A DNA stretch of 64,000 bases from Hyphomicrobium sp. (GCA_035445405.1 DAOMQQ010000002.1:5803-69802), one strand, 5' to 3'. Counted from the first letter of the stretch, positions 1 to 9,741 are shown. Made by a program: numbers and translations. The notes: generated by a model not told the origin, from the letters alone.

Positions 1-542
1 ACGGCCTCGTCGATCAAGAGACCGCGTGTGCGGACGAGGCGGAGGTCGGCGGAGACCTGGTCGCCTGCTTCCAGCAGCACGACGTCTCCGGGCACGAGCC
101 GAGCGGCGGGCAGCGTGGTCCGGTGTCCGTCGCGCATGACGGACGCTTTGGGCGAAATGAGGTTACGGATTGCGTTGAGTGCCTCTTCGGCCTTGCCCTC
201 CTGGATGAAGCCGACGATGGCATTGATGGTGATGACGGCGAGGATGACGGCTGCGTCGACCGCGTGGCCAAGCGCCCACGCTGCGATGGCGGCGGTGATC
301 AGGAAGTAGATCAGCGTATTGTGAAACTGATGCAGGAAGCGCAACAGCGGGTGGCGGCCGGCGGCTTCGGGCAGCGCATTCTCGCCGTGGCGTTTGATGC
401 GCCCTTCGGCATCCTCTGCCGAGAGGCCGCCCGGCTGGGTGTCGAGCGCAGCGAAAACATCTTCTGCGGGGACGGTGTGCCAGGACTTCTGAGCGTTATG
501 GGGCGGTTCGGCGTCCATCGTCGGTCGGTTGTCCTGCCCCAT
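1..542 (-). CDS. Cation-transporting P-type ATPase, N-terminal part (runs off the window start)
   Basis: Manual translation gives WHTVPAEDVFAALDT..GLS.EDAEGRIKRHGENALP..LLRFLHQFHN.LIYFL..NAIVGFIQEGKAEEAL..LVPGDVVLLEAGDQVSADLRL, typical of the type II ATPase N-terminus and actuator; AGGAG precedes ATG 542 (alternative start 518). Confidence 0.9.
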   Translation of the reverse strand, partial: MGQDNRPTMDAEPPHNAQKSWHTVPAEDVFAALDTQPGGLSAEDAEGRIKRHGENALPEAAGRHPLLRFLHQFHNTLIYFLITAAIAAWALGHAVDAAVILAVITINAIVGFIQEGKAEEALNAIRNLISPKASVMRDGHRTTLPAARLVPGDVVLLEAGDQVSADLRLVRTRGLLIDEA

Positions 543-633
543 CCCGGCTTTGCTCTCCTGTCGCGTCGCTGGCCCGCAGGCGCGGGCGGTCGCCCATCCC
601 TCAACGCATACAAACGCGAATAGTGACGCAGCT

Positions 634-647
634 TTGATCCGAGTCAA
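634..647. promoter_or_regulatory. FixK/Fnr-type box upstream of the P-type ATPase
   Basis: TTGATCCGAGTCAA fits TTGAT-N4-(A/G)TCAA, about 90 bp upstream of the start. Confidence 0.65.
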
Positions 648-728
648 CGCTTGGAGCGTGCGTCATATCCGAGGCAGGCGATGCATGCCGTTGCACGCAT
701 CGCCTTTGCCTGTGGGAGATCGCGCCGA

Positions 729-1481
729 CTACTTAGGGGCCGGCGCTTCGACACCGAGTTTCTCGGCAAGCTCCGTCGCGGAAAGGATATGCCCGAAGCC
801 CTCGGTGCCCATGGCGAACTTGTCGGCGTCCTTGAGGCCGCCGACGACGAGGGGATCGAATCCTGCCGCATCGACGAGCGTCTTCGCCACTGCGATGGCG
901 TCTGCGTCGTCGCCGGCAATGGGAACGGCCATGCGCGGAGCCGGGCGGTTGGCGTTGCTCGTGAAGATGCGATGGTTGGCGGCGTTGAACGCGCGTACGA
1001 TCCGCGCGCCGGGGAAATATTTCGCCGATGTGACGCCGATGCCGTTCTGCGTGGCTTCCTCGAAGAGCGTGCTGCGGTTGGCGTTGCCCGCATCGAGCAC
1101 GACCTTGCCTTTGAGCGCGTCCGCATACGCTGCGCCGGCTTCGGGATAGGACTGGTAAGGGATGGCGAGGAGGACGGCGGCTTCGCCGAAGCGGATCGCG
1201 TCCTCAACCGTACCCGCGTGGGCCGAAGGGCCAAGCTTCTCGACGAGCGGCTTCAGGCTGTCCGGATTGCGCGAGGAGAACATGACCTCGTGGCCGGCCT
1301 TGATCCAGAGCGCGCCGACGGCGCCGCCCAGATTGCCCGCGCCGATGGTGCCGATCTTGAGGCGCTGATCGGCGCGGCTGGGGGATACGCCGACCATGGT
1401 GGCCGCGGAGAGCGTAATGCCGGAGGCTGCGGCAAGCGTCAGGATCTGTCGGCGCGAAAGGGAATGGATGTGCGATGTCAC
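729..1481 (-). CDS. NADP-dependent oxidoreductase (F420-dependent NADP reductase family) with Tat-like signal peptide
   Basis: KIGTIGAGNLG Rossmann motif, VMFSSRNP, VVLDAGN, RIVRAFN, IAGDD; N-terminal SRRQILTLAAA. Confidence 0.85.
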   Translation of the reverse strand: MTSHIHSLSRRQILTLAAASGITLSAATMVGVSPSRADQRLKIGTIGAGNLGGAVGALWIKAGHEVMFSSRNPDSLKPLVEKLGPSAHAGTVEDAIRFGEAAVLLAIPYQSYPEAGAAYADALKGKVVLDAGNANRSTLFEEATQNGIGVTSAKYFPGARIVRAFNAANHRIFTSNANRPAPRMAVPIAGDDADAIAVAKTLVDAAGFDPLVVGGLKDADKFAMGTEGFGHILSATELAEKLGVEAPAPK

Positions 1482-1650
1482 GAGGGCGTCTCCGCTTGGG
1501 GCCGATGGGATACGGCTGATGGGGCGAGGCGGCCGTCGAGCGAGGCCAGCCGATCAGGATATGGGGCGCGATGCGCGGCAGACAATCGCGCTCTGCCAAC
1601 GGAGCTAACTCGATCGCTGGGCGATAGGATGGCGCGTGGGTCCGGAACGC

Positions 1651-1678
1651 AAAAAGCCCGGCCTAAGCCGGGCTTTTG
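1651..1678 (-). terminator. Rho-independent (possibly bidirectional) terminator after tRNA-fMet
   Basis: AAAAAGCCCGGC-CTAA-GCCGGGCTTTTG hairpin flanked by A and T tracts. Confidence 0.85.
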
Positions 1679-1682
1679 TGTT

Positions 1683-1759
<77 letters not shown>

Positions 1760-2096
1760 TCACCACACGCTTTCGACCTGACATGGCGCCCGGAAAATGG
1801 GGACACCCGTCACGTCGTATCGAACGATCCGGCCAACCTTGCGGTCTTGGGGCTTGATCTGGGCCCAAGGTCGTCAAAAAGACCGGCCCGTTCGAAGAGG
1901 CCGCTCGTGCGGCGGCTCTTGGCGAGGTCTATAGCACGATTTTCACGTTTGTGAAGCCCCGCCCGATGCGCTTCCCCAGCGGCATCGATCCGGCGTGCCG
2001 GATGCGCGGGCCTGAGGCGTTTCTGGGCGACCCACGGGCCGGAATCTTTCGTATAAGCTCGAGTTTGACTCTAAACCGAGACGAGACTTTCTGCCC

Positions 2097-3947
2097 ATGA
2101 CTGCAGCCGATCACAAGCGTGTCGACGGAACGCGGGCCAATGCCACCACAGAGGCGCGGCTGGAGGAGACGTTCGTTCTTCTCGACAACAGCGCCGGGAC
2201 GGGCGCCCCCACGCTGCTCTTCTCCAACCCGAAGGAGATCGTCTCGGCGGTGACGCCGGACGAGGTCGGGCCGGCGCTTGCGCGGCTCGAAGCCGCGGCG
2301 GCCGAGGGGCTTCATGCGGCAGGATTTTTTGCCTACGAGCTTGGCTATGTGCTGGAGCCCAAGATCCGGGATCTCCTGCCGGAAGGGCGCAACGTGCCGC
2401 TCCTGTGGTTCGGGCTTTACGATGCGCCGCGCGCGATGAGCGAGGCCGAGGTCGACCACTGGCTCGGAACGCACACGAAGAGCGGCTCGTATCAGTTCAC
2501 GTCCGTCGCGACGGCATGGGACCAGCAGGAGTACGAGACGCGTTTCGCCGCGGTTCAGGAGAAAATCCGTGCCGGCGATATCTACCAGCTCAATCTCACG
2601 TTCAAGGCGCGCTTCCGGCTCGAAGGCTCGCCGCTGACGTTCTATCGCGACATGCGCCGGCGCCAGCGCGTGGCGTATGCCGGGATCGTCGATACGGGAG
2701 AGGTGACCGTGCTGTCGGCGAGCCCGGAGCTGTTCATCGAGAAAGAGGGACGCGTCGTTTCCACGCGGCCGATGAAGGGGACGGCGCCGCGCGCGGGAAC
2801 GCCCGAAGCGGATGCGGAAGCGCGCCGCGTGCTCGCGACGGACGTGAAGCAGCGGGCCGAAAACCTGATGATCGTCGACCTGATGCGCAACGATCTCGGG
2901 CGTATCGCGGAGGTGGGCAGCGTCGGCGTGACGGATCTCTTTACCGTCGAGACGTTCCGGACGCTGCATCAGATGACATCGGGCGTGGAGGCGACGCTGA
3001 AGGATGGCTTGGGGCTTGGCGATCTCGTCCGCGCGATCTTCCCGCCGGGATCGGTGATCGGCGCGCCGAAGATCCGCGCGATGGAATTGATCCGCGATTA
3101 CGAGACGGAGCCGCGCGGCGTCTATTGCGGCGCGATCGGCCATATCACGCCCGCGGGTGCGGCTCTGTTCAACGTTGCGATCCGCACGCCCGTGATCTTC
3201 CGCGGCGGGCAGGGCGAGATGGGCATCGGCTCCGGGGTCGTCTACGATTCCGTCGGCGCGAAGGAATACGCCGAGTGCCTGCTCAAGATGAAGTTCCTGA
3301 CCGATCCGCCCAAAAGCTTCGAGCTGATCGAGACGCTGCTCTACGAAGCGGGCAAGGGGTTCTGGCTGCTCGAGGGGCATCTGGAGCGGCTCAAGGCGTC
3401 GGCGGCCTACTTCGGCTACGCACATGACGAAAGGGCCGTGCGGGAGGCGCTGGATCGCGCCGTCGAGGGCCGTACGGAGGCGCGGCTCCGCGTGCGGCTG
3501 TTGCTGGCCGAAGACGGCGCCGTATCGGTCACCGTTGCCGAGCAGCCGGTGCAAGCGGCGATGCGCTATGCGATCTCTGACACGCGGGTGGACAGCGCCA
3601 ATCCGTTCCTGTTCCACAAGACCACGCGACGCGAACTCTACGATCGCGAGTGGCAGCACTATGCGGACACCCAAGGCGCCGACGAAGTGTTTTACCTGAA
3701 CGAGCGGGGAGAACTGGCCGAGGGCAGCCGGACCAATATCTTCATCGAGCGCGACGGAAGGCTTCTCACGCCGCCGCTCTCATCCGGTCTTCTGCCGGGG
3801 GTTCTGCGCCGCGACCTGATCCTGAAGGGGAAGGCCGTTGAAGCCGTGCTGACGCTCGACGACCTTGCGCGAGCGGACGCAGTCTATGTCGGAAATTCGG
3901 TGAGAGGGCTCGTCCGTGCCGAGCCTGTGACCTTGGTCAGAGCGTGA
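2097..3947 (+). CDS. pabB: Aminodeoxychorismate synthase component I fused to a class IV aminotransferase/ADC lyase domain
   Basis: GDIYQLNLT, SASPELF, TRPMKGT, KQRAENLMIVDLMRNDLGR, PPGSVIGAPK, FNVAIRT; C-terminal HKTT, EGSRTN, GLLPGVLR, GNSVRG. Confidence 0.93.
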   Translation: MTAADHKRVDGTRANATTEARLEETFVLLDNSAGTGAPTLLFSNPKEIVSAVTPDEVGPALARLEAAAAEGLHAAGFFAYELGYVLEPKIRDLLPEGRNVPLLWFGLYDAPRAMSEAEVDHWLGTHTKSGSYQFTSVATAWDQQEYETRFAAVQEKIRAGDIYQLNLTFKARFRLEGSPLTFYRDMRRRQRVAYAGIVDTGEVTVLSASPELFIEKEGRVVSTRPMKGTAPRAGTPEADAEARRVLATDVKQRAENLMIVDLMRNDLGRIAEVGSVGVTDLFTVETFRTLHQMTSGVEATLKDGLGLGDLVRAIFPPGSVIGAPKIRAMELIRDYETEPRGVYCGAIGHITPAGAALFNVAIRTPVIFRGGQGEMGIGSGVVYDSVGAKEYAECLLKMKFLTDPPKSFELIETLLYEAGKGFWLLEGHLERLKASAAYFGYAHDERAVREALDRAVEGRTEARLRVRLLLAEDGAVSVTVAEQPVQAAMRYAISDTRVDSANPFLFHKTTRRELYDREWQHYADTQGADEVFYLNERGELAEGSRTNIFIERDGRLLTPPLSSGLLPGVLRRDLILKGKAVEAVLTLDDLARADAVYVGNSVRGLVRAEPVTLVRA

Positions 3948-4040
3948 TCCATCGCGATTCAATCGCGATCACGCTCGATCTCGTTCGAGAGCTATGGCTC
4001 ACCCTTCAGGCCGATGGGGCCTGAGGTGATGACGACCTAA
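3938..4040 (+). repeat. Degenerate copy of the ~100 bp double-hairpin repeat
   Basis: AGAGCGTGATC..GATCACGCTC followed by CTTCAGGCC-GATG-GGGCCTGAGG; similar to 53452-53557. Confidence 0.7.
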
Positions 4041-4288
4041 AGGTCTTTGGTCGTCCAACGAGGCTCGCCGGGAGCCGTGGCCTGTCCTTCGACGGGCTGG
4101 GCCTCGATTTCCTGAGCGGCAGGCGCCGGGATGGATGCCGTCTCAGACGCGTTCCGATAGACCGCCGCGACTACGAATACGAAAGCCGCAAAGGTCAGGG
4201 CGCAGGCCAGCGCGATCTCGCGCGCCGATCGGCGCGCGCGCTCGGCAAATGGGCCGGATTGCAATTTGCGTATCATCATGGGGCTCAA
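4037..4288 (-). CDS. Small hypothetical single-TM protein
   Basis: One hydrophobic stretch (IALACALTFAAFVFVVAAVY); start uncertain. Confidence 0.5.
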   Translation of the reverse strand: MSPMMIRKLQSGPFAERARRSAREIALACALTFAAFVFVVAAVYRNASETASIPAPAAQEIEAQPVEGQATAPGEPRWTTKDL

Positions 4289-4441
4289 TGTGTGCAGCGA
4301 AGACCGGCAGAGCCAGAGTTCCGAACGCCGCGCGACAGAAAAGCACAGCGCGGGCGGGAGGCTTGGCTTGACATTGGACGGGCTGGGTTTCGCCGCATCT
4401 CGGCGCGGGGCCCGCGAAGAGATGCGAGGCCTGGAACGGTT

Positions 4442-4618
4442 CTAAAGCCCGCGCATGATGCATCCGAAAACGAGGATGAATTGAGCGACCAGCAGGACCC
4501 AGATCTCGTGGCCCGCGATGATCGGGATCGCGGCGCCGAAAATGTAGGTGACAATGGCCAGCACGGTCAGAATGACCGAAAGCATGAAGGTCAGGATGCC
4601 AGGAGATTTCAGGACCAT
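4442..4618 (-). CDS. Small two-TM membrane protein (58 aa)
   Basis: MVLKSPGILTFMLSVILTVLAI...ILVFGCIMRGL; GAGGGG RBS upstream. Confidence 0.75.
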   Translation of the reverse strand: MVLKSPGILTFMLSVILTVLAIVTYIFGAAIPIIAGHEIWVLLVAQFILVFGCIMRGL

Positions 4619-4937
4619 CGATCGTATTCCCCCTCGACGCATTGGATGGTGAAGCGTGCATCGCACACGATGTTGTGCAGCACAGCAAATCGTCGACTCG
4701 TGCGACTTGCGGCTTATAGCAGGCAGCACCCACGCTGACACGGGCTTCGTGGCAACACTTCCGTAACGACAAACCGGGCAAGCCTAATCAGGCTCGCACA
4801 AACCCGCGTTTCCTGCTAGATTCACTACGATTTTCCTGGTGTTTCGGAAACTTCCGCGGCGCATGCAGGTTTCCCCTGTGTGGGCGCAGAAGGTTTGCGC
4901 CGGCATCATCCGGCTTTGCTCCATGCAGGAGACTTCG

Positions 4938-5210
4938 ATGCAGCACGTTCTCCGGGTTGCCGCGTTCGTTGCGCTGTCGGTCGCAGCATCATCCGCGGTG
5001 CAGGCCTATAGCCAAAATGTACGGAAGCATTGCCGCGCAGATTATATGGAGTATTGCAGCGCGCATCCCGTGGGCAGCAAAGGCGTGCGGGAGTGCATGC
5101 GCAGCGTGGGGCGCGATCTCAGGCCGGCGTGCGTCAACGCCCTTGCCGAGTCGGGCGAGGTCGGGGGCAAGGCAAAGCCCAAGCGCCATCGGCGCGCCGC
5201 TGGCCATTGA
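4938..5210 (+). CDS. Secreted small cysteine-rich protein
   Basis: Signal peptide then C.ADY..YC......V.ECM.....L.PAC pattern; AGGAG RBS. Confidence 0.75.
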   Translation: MQHVLRVAAFVALSVAASSAVQAYSQNVRKHCRADYMEYCSAHPVGSKGVRECMRSVGRDLRPACVNALAESGEVGGKAKPKRHRRAAGH

Positions 5211-5246
5211 GCTGCTCTTCCTGACGCTCGGAAACCCGAAGGTCCA

Positions 5247-7766
5247 TTACGTGCCGCGTGGCTTCGCGCGCGTGGTTGGAGCGGCCCGGGCCGGATCGTC
5301 GGGCCACGGGTGGCGCGGATAGCGGCCTTTCATTTCCGCCTTAACGGACTGCCAAGACCCTTTCCAGAATCCGGGCAGGTCCCGTGTGACCTGGATCGGA
5401 CGATGGGCGGGCGAGAGCAGATGCAACGTGAGGGGCAGGCGGCCTCCCGCGAGCGCGGGGTGCCGGGTCAGGCCGTAGAGTTCCTGCACGCGGATATGGA
5501 GGGCGGGGGCGCCGGGCCCTTCGTAGTCGATGGCGTGGCGTTGCCCCGTCGGGGCCTCGAAGTGCGTCGGCGCTTCCGCATCCAGGCGCTGCTTGAGCGG
5601 CCAGCGAACGAGACCATCGAGCGCCTGGCCGAGATCGTCGGCTGAGATATCCGCGAGGCGCGTTTTCCCGGCGAGGTAGGGGCCGAACCAATCGGAAAGC
5701 GCTTCCGTGAGCGCGGCATCCGAGAGATCGGGCCACGTGTCGTCCTTTGCTGCGCTTCTGAGAAAGTTGACGCGCTCGCGGAGCTGCAGCTGGTGTTTGC
5801 TCCAGGGCAGGCGCTGGGCGCCGAGGCTCGCCAGCCCCTGTGCGAGGGCGGCCTCGGCTTCCGGACCCGGCACCGGCGCGCGTGGCTCGCTCGACAGCGT
5901 CATGGCGTCGAGGCGGCGGATGCGCCGGGCGCGGATGGCGGCGGTGGACGTGTCGAAGACGATCTCGTCGCGCTCGGAGACGCGGTCGCGGGCGAGGCGC
6001 AGGACTTCGGTCTCGCTCGTTTCCGCGGCCAGAAGGATGCGCGTCGCGGCGGCTGTGCCCTGCATTTCTGCAATGACGAGGAACGGGACCCGGGCGAGCG
6101 GCTCGGCCGTGTCCAGAGATGCGCCCCGACCGTTGGCGAGCAGGTATTGGCCGTTGGCGCCGCGGGCTTTGGCGATGCGTTCGGGATAGGCGAGAGCTAG
6201 CAGAGCCGCCGAGGAGGGCGGTTCGGCCTTGTCCGCTTCGAAACGCGGCGCGGTGGGTGCAGACCGCGCGATTTTCGCCCAGCCCTCGGCAAGGCGGCGC
6301 ATGTCGGCCGCGCGGGGTGTGCGGTCGCGCCGGAAGGCTTCGAGGCGCTGATCGAGATTGGGACCTTTGCCGCCGAGGCCGCGCTCCGCGAGGATGGCGG
6401 CGATCTCGGCCGCATGGCGCTCGGCGCCTAGCCGTGCGGCTGCCATGAGCATGGCGGAAAGGCGGGGCGGAAGCGGCAGGGCGCGGAGATTGCGGCCGGT
6501 GCCAGTGAGACGGCCGTCCGCATCGAGCGCGCCGAGGGCTTCGAGCTCCTCGCGCGCCGCGTCGAGGGCCGCCGGCGCCGGCGGGTCGAGCCAGCAGAGC
6601 GTTTGCGGATCGGTGACGCCCCAGTCGGCGCAATCGAGCAAAAGCGGCGCGAGGTCGGCGGAGCGGATTTCGGGCTCTGCAAAAGCCGGCAGGCTCGCGG
6701 TTTCCGCTTCGTCCCAGAGGCGATAGCAGACGCCTGGGCCGAGGCGTCCGGCGCGGCCGCGGCGCTGATCGGCGGAGGCGCGGGAGACGCGGACCGTCGC
6801 GAGGCGGGTGACGCCCACGTCGGGATCGTACCGCGGCACCCGGGCGACGCCGCAATCGACCACGACGCGGATGCCCTCGATGGTCAGCGAAGTTTCGGCA
6901 ATCGCGGTCGCGAGCACGATCTTGCGTGTGCCGGGCGGGGCCGGCGCGATGGCCTGGTCCTGCTCGCGGCGGTCGAGGGCGCCGTAGAGGGGCGCGACGA
7001 TCGTATCCTCGGGGGCGAGGCGTTCGCCGAGACGCTCGGCGGTGCGGCGGATTTCGCCCTGGCCGGGAAGAAATGCGAGGATCGAGCCGGATTCGGCGCG
7101 CAGCGCGCGCATAATGGCGTCCGTTACCCTGTCGTCGAGGCGCCGCGTCGGGTCGCGGCCGAGATAGCGCGTTTCGACGGGGAAGCTCCGTCCTTCGCTG
7201 GTGACGACGGGCGCGCCGCCGAGGAGGCGCGCGACGGGTTCGGCGGCGAGTGTCGCCGACATGACGAGGAGGCGCAGGTCGGGGCGCAGGCTCGTTTGCG
7301 CGTCGCGGGCGAGCGCAAGGCCGAGATCCGCTTCGAGCGAACGCTCGTGGAACTCGTCGAAGAGAACGGCGCCGATGCCTTCGAGCGCCGGGTCATCGAG
7401 AATGAGCCGGGTGAACACGCCTTCGGTGAGCACCTCGATCCGGGTTTTCTTCGAGACGCGCGTTTCCAGACGTGCGCGGATGCCGATGGTTTCGCCGATT
7501 TGCTCACCGAGCGTTGCCGCCATGCGGGCTGCCGCGTTGCGGGCGGCGAGGCGGCGCGGCTCCAGAACGAGGATTTTGCCGCCCGCGAGCCAAGGTGCGC
7601 CGTCGAGCGCGAGAGGGACGCGCGTGGTCTTACCGGCTCCAGGCGGCGCGACGAGTACGGCGGACGAGCCGGCCGCGAGCGCCTCCGTTAGCGCGGGCAG
7701 CGCCTCGTCGATGGGCAAGGCTTGTGCGAATCGCCGTAGAGAAGGCGGAGGCGTGGTGTCGATCAT
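5247..7766 (-). CDS. hrpB: ATP-dependent helicase HrpB
   Basis: APPGAGKTT, EPRRLAAR, DEFHER, MSAT, AETSLTI, QRRGRAGR, C-terminal EMKGRYPRHPWP. Confidence 0.96.
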   Translation of the reverse strand: MIDTTPPPSLRRFAQALPIDEALPALTEALAAGSSAVLVAPPGAGKTTRVPLALDGAPWLAGGKILVLEPRRLAARNAAARMAATLGEQIGETIGIRARLETRVSKKTRIEVLTEGVFTRLILDDPALEGIGAVLFDEFHERSLEADLGLALARDAQTSLRPDLRLLVMSATLAAEPVARLLGGAPVVTSEGRSFPVETRYLGRDPTRRLDDRVTDAIMRALRAESGSILAFLPGQGEIRRTAERLGERLAPEDTIVAPLYGALDRREQDQAIAPAPPGTRKIVLATAIAETSLTIEGIRVVVDCGVARVPRYDPDVGVTRLATVRVSRASADQRRGRAGRLGPGVCYRLWDEAETASLPAFAEPEIRSADLAPLLLDCADWGVTDPQTLCWLDPPAPAALDAAREELEALGALDADGRLTGTGRNLRALPLPPRLSAMLMAAARLGAERHAAEIAAILAERGLGGKGPNLDQRLEAFRRDRTPRAADMRRLAEGWAKIARSAPTAPRFEADKAEPPSSAALLALAYPERIAKARGANGQYLLANGRGASLDTAEPLARVPFLVIAEMQGTAAATRILLAAETSETEVLRLARDRVSERDEIVFDTSTAAIRARRIRRLDAMTLSSEPRAPVPGPEAEAALAQGLASLGAQRLPWSKHQLQLRERVNFLRSAAKDDTWPDLSDAALTEALSDWFGPYLAGKTRLADISADDLGQALDGLVRWPLKQRLDAEAPTHFEAPTGQRHAIDYEGPGAPALHIRVQELYGLTRHPALAGGRLPLTLHLLSPAHRPIQVTRDLPGFWKGSWQSVKAEMKGRYPRHPWPDDPARAAPTTRAKPRGT

Positions 7767-7944
7767 CCGGCTCGCTTAGCATGGCGGGCGCGCCGTGGTG
7801 AGGGGGTGGGGATGGCCCTGCCTTTACAACACCATGTTACTTGCCAATATCGGCACCGGTTCGGTTGGCAGGGGCACTCCTTGAACTGGTTCCGTGGCTC
7901 CGGGGCCAGGAACGCCGGTTTTAGCGCGCACGGGGACAGGTTTC

Positions 7945-8442
7945 ATGCACCGCTTCGCACTTTCGCTTGCCTTGCTCATCCTCACGGCGTTGGGCGGCAG
8001 ATCGGCCTCGGCTACCGACCTCGACGGATACTGGATCGATTCGGACGGCGAGGTCGTGCTGCAGGTCGAGAACTGCGGACCTGCAATGTGTGCAAAGGTG
8101 GTCTGGCTGCGGTTGCCTTACGGGCCTGACCGACTTCCGCTCAAGGATTTCCGCAATCCCGAGGTCTCCTTGCAGAACCGCCAGGTGTGCGGGCTGAAGG
8201 TCATCACGGGCTTCACCAAGCAAGCGGACGGGACGTGGGGCGGCGGCAACGTGTACGTGCCCGATCTCGGCATGAGCTTCAGCGGTTATGCGGAAATCCT
8301 GAGCCCGACGCAGATCAAGGTGCGGGGGTATGTGTTCCTGCCGCTGTTCGGCGCCACGGAGGTGTGGAGCCGGGTCGCGGCGCCGCCCTATCACTGCGAG
8401 CGGGACGGCGTGCCGCCGGCGCCGGAACGCGCGGGGCAGTAG
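7945..8442 (+). CDS. DUF2147 domain secreted protein
   Basis: Signal peptide; G.W......V.V.NCG..MCAKVVW, D..NP..L..R..CGL, W.GG.VY.PD.G, KVRGYV..LFG.T.VWSR. Confidence 0.85.
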   Translation: MHRFALSLALLILTALGGRSASATDLDGYWIDSDGEVVLQVENCGPAMCAKVVWLRLPYGPDRLPLKDFRNPEVSLQNRQVCGLKVITGFTKQADGTWGGGNVYVPDLGMSFSGYAEILSPTQIKVRGYVFLPLFGATEVWSRVAAPPYHCERDGVPPAPERAGQ

Positions 8443-8610
8443 CGGGCCGTTGCTTTGCCGGTAAGCGATTTCTGGAGCGCGCGGCTCCGCTCGAAAAGAA
8501 TTCATCGACACCTGACGCTGAAAAGTCCATGTTGGCGCCATCATCTGTGACGCTACTGGCGACGATGACTGAGAGATGCGTGTGCTCCCGCCGTAAATTG
8601 GAGCACCGTC

Positions 8611-9018
8611 ATGCCCTTCAAGAAAAATCCCGATGGTTTCAGCCCTGAATCGCTAGGGCTGCTCGATGTCGCCATGACGAGGCTCTGGCTGCAGCAGGCC
8701 GCCGTTGGTGCATCCCTCAGCGGAGCGGCTCCCGCCGTGCGGGCGTCGTTGAAGGACAAAATACGCCGCCTCGACGAGATTGGCATGCAGCGTCGGAAAA
8801 AAACGGAGAACGGAATGTCTGCGCACACCTTCAAGCTCGGCCAAGTCGTGACCTATCATCCCCCTAAGGGAGCCGTGTCCCGCTCATCGATGTACAGGGT
8901 CTCGAAATTGCTGCCGATCGAAGGCGGCGAGCTGAAATATCGTATTAAATCCGCAACCGATAATTGCGAAAGAGTGGCCTCGGAAGGGCAGCTCACCTGC
9001 GAGAGGACGGCAGCGTAA
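8611..9018 (+). CDS. Hypothetical protein; probable internal start at 8815 for a small SH3-like protein
   Basis: C-terminal HTFKLGQVV...YRVSKLLPIEGGELKYRIKS....ERVASEGQL resembles small rhizobial proteins; GGAG before ATG 8815. Confidence 0.55.
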   Translation: MPFKKNPDGFSPESLGLLDVAMTRLWLQQAAVGASLSGAAPAVRASLKDKIRRLDEIGMQRRKKTENGMSAHTFKLGQVVTYHPPKGAVSRSSMYRVSKLLPIEGGELKYRIKSATDNCERVASEGQLTCERTAA

Positions 9019-9073
9019 GCGCGAAAAACAAAAATAATTCTATCAAAATAAATGGTAATTTCGCAATTAGCCC

Positions 9074-9102
9074 TTGCAATATCGCAAAGCAAACCCTATT
9101 CT
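9074..9102 (+). promoter_or_regulatory. Sigma70-type promoter of the cold-shock gene
   Basis: TTGCAA-N17-TATTCT within an AT-rich tract; implies a ~105 nt 5' UTR. Confidence 0.6.
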
Positions 9103-9213
9103 ATTTCAATCGAAATTTGGCCGGAATAACCTCCCAAAAATCGAATGTAGAGCTGGCGCATGCCTTTCGGCGTGTGCCAGCTCGTTAGCATGAAAAATAG
9201 CATCGGAAAATTT

Positions 9214-9423
9214 ATGAAAATCGGCACTGTAAAATTCTACAACGACCAAAAGGGCTACGGTTTTATTGCGCCGGACGACGGCAGCAACGACGTGTTCGTC
9301 CACGCCAGCGCGCTTGAGCGCGCAGGCATGCGGGGGCTCAACGAGGGCCAGAAGGTCTCGTTCGATACGCAGGAAGATCGCCGCTCGGGCAAGATCGGCG
9401 TCGGCAATATCGCGGCTGCTTAA
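9214..9423 (+). CDS. cspA: Cold-shock protein
   Basis: GTVKFYNDQKGYGFI (RNP1), DVFVHASAL (RNP2), LNEGQKVSF. Confidence 0.95.
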   Translation: MKIGTVKFYNDQKGYGFIAPDDGSNDVFVHASALERAGMRGLNEGQKVSFDTQEDRRSGKIGVGNIAAA

Positions 9424-9458
9424 GTCGCCTGATAAGGCCCTTTCGGCGCCCTATCGAT

Positions 9459-9490
9459 GGCCGTTCCCGTGGGGACGGCCTTTTTCTTTT
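9459..9490 (+). terminator. Rho-independent terminator after the csp gene
   Basis: GGCCGTTCC-CGTG-GGGACGGCC followed by TTTTTCTTTT. Confidence 0.8.
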
Positions 9491-9522
9491 GTGTATGAAA
9501 ATGCTGACCAGGAAACACTGCG

Positions 9523-9741
9523 ATGCAAGGCAAATGCCCGAAGTGCTCTGCCGTACCCAATATCGTTGTTGTGCCTTTTCGTGCCCGCGAAGACGTCATG
9601 AAAACGACGGTCCCCGCCCTTCAGTTCATCTGCGACCAATGCCAGACAATCCTGTCCGTCACGCTTGATCCCGAATGGCAAGCGCAGATCGTGGCGGGGC
9701 AGCTCAGAACGGTCGGCGAAGGATCGGAGACGAGCCACTAA
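9523..9741 (+). CDS. Small zinc-ribbon hypothetical protein
   Basis: CPKC and CDQC pairs in 72 aa. Confidence 0.65.
   Translation: MQGKCPKCSAVPNIVVVPFRAREDVMKTTVPALQFICDQCQTILSVTLDPEWQAQIVAGQLRTVGEGSETSH

Noticed and set aside
1929-3674. 581 aa minus-strand ORF
   Set aside because: Antisense shadow of pabB, typical of high-GC DNA; no motifs
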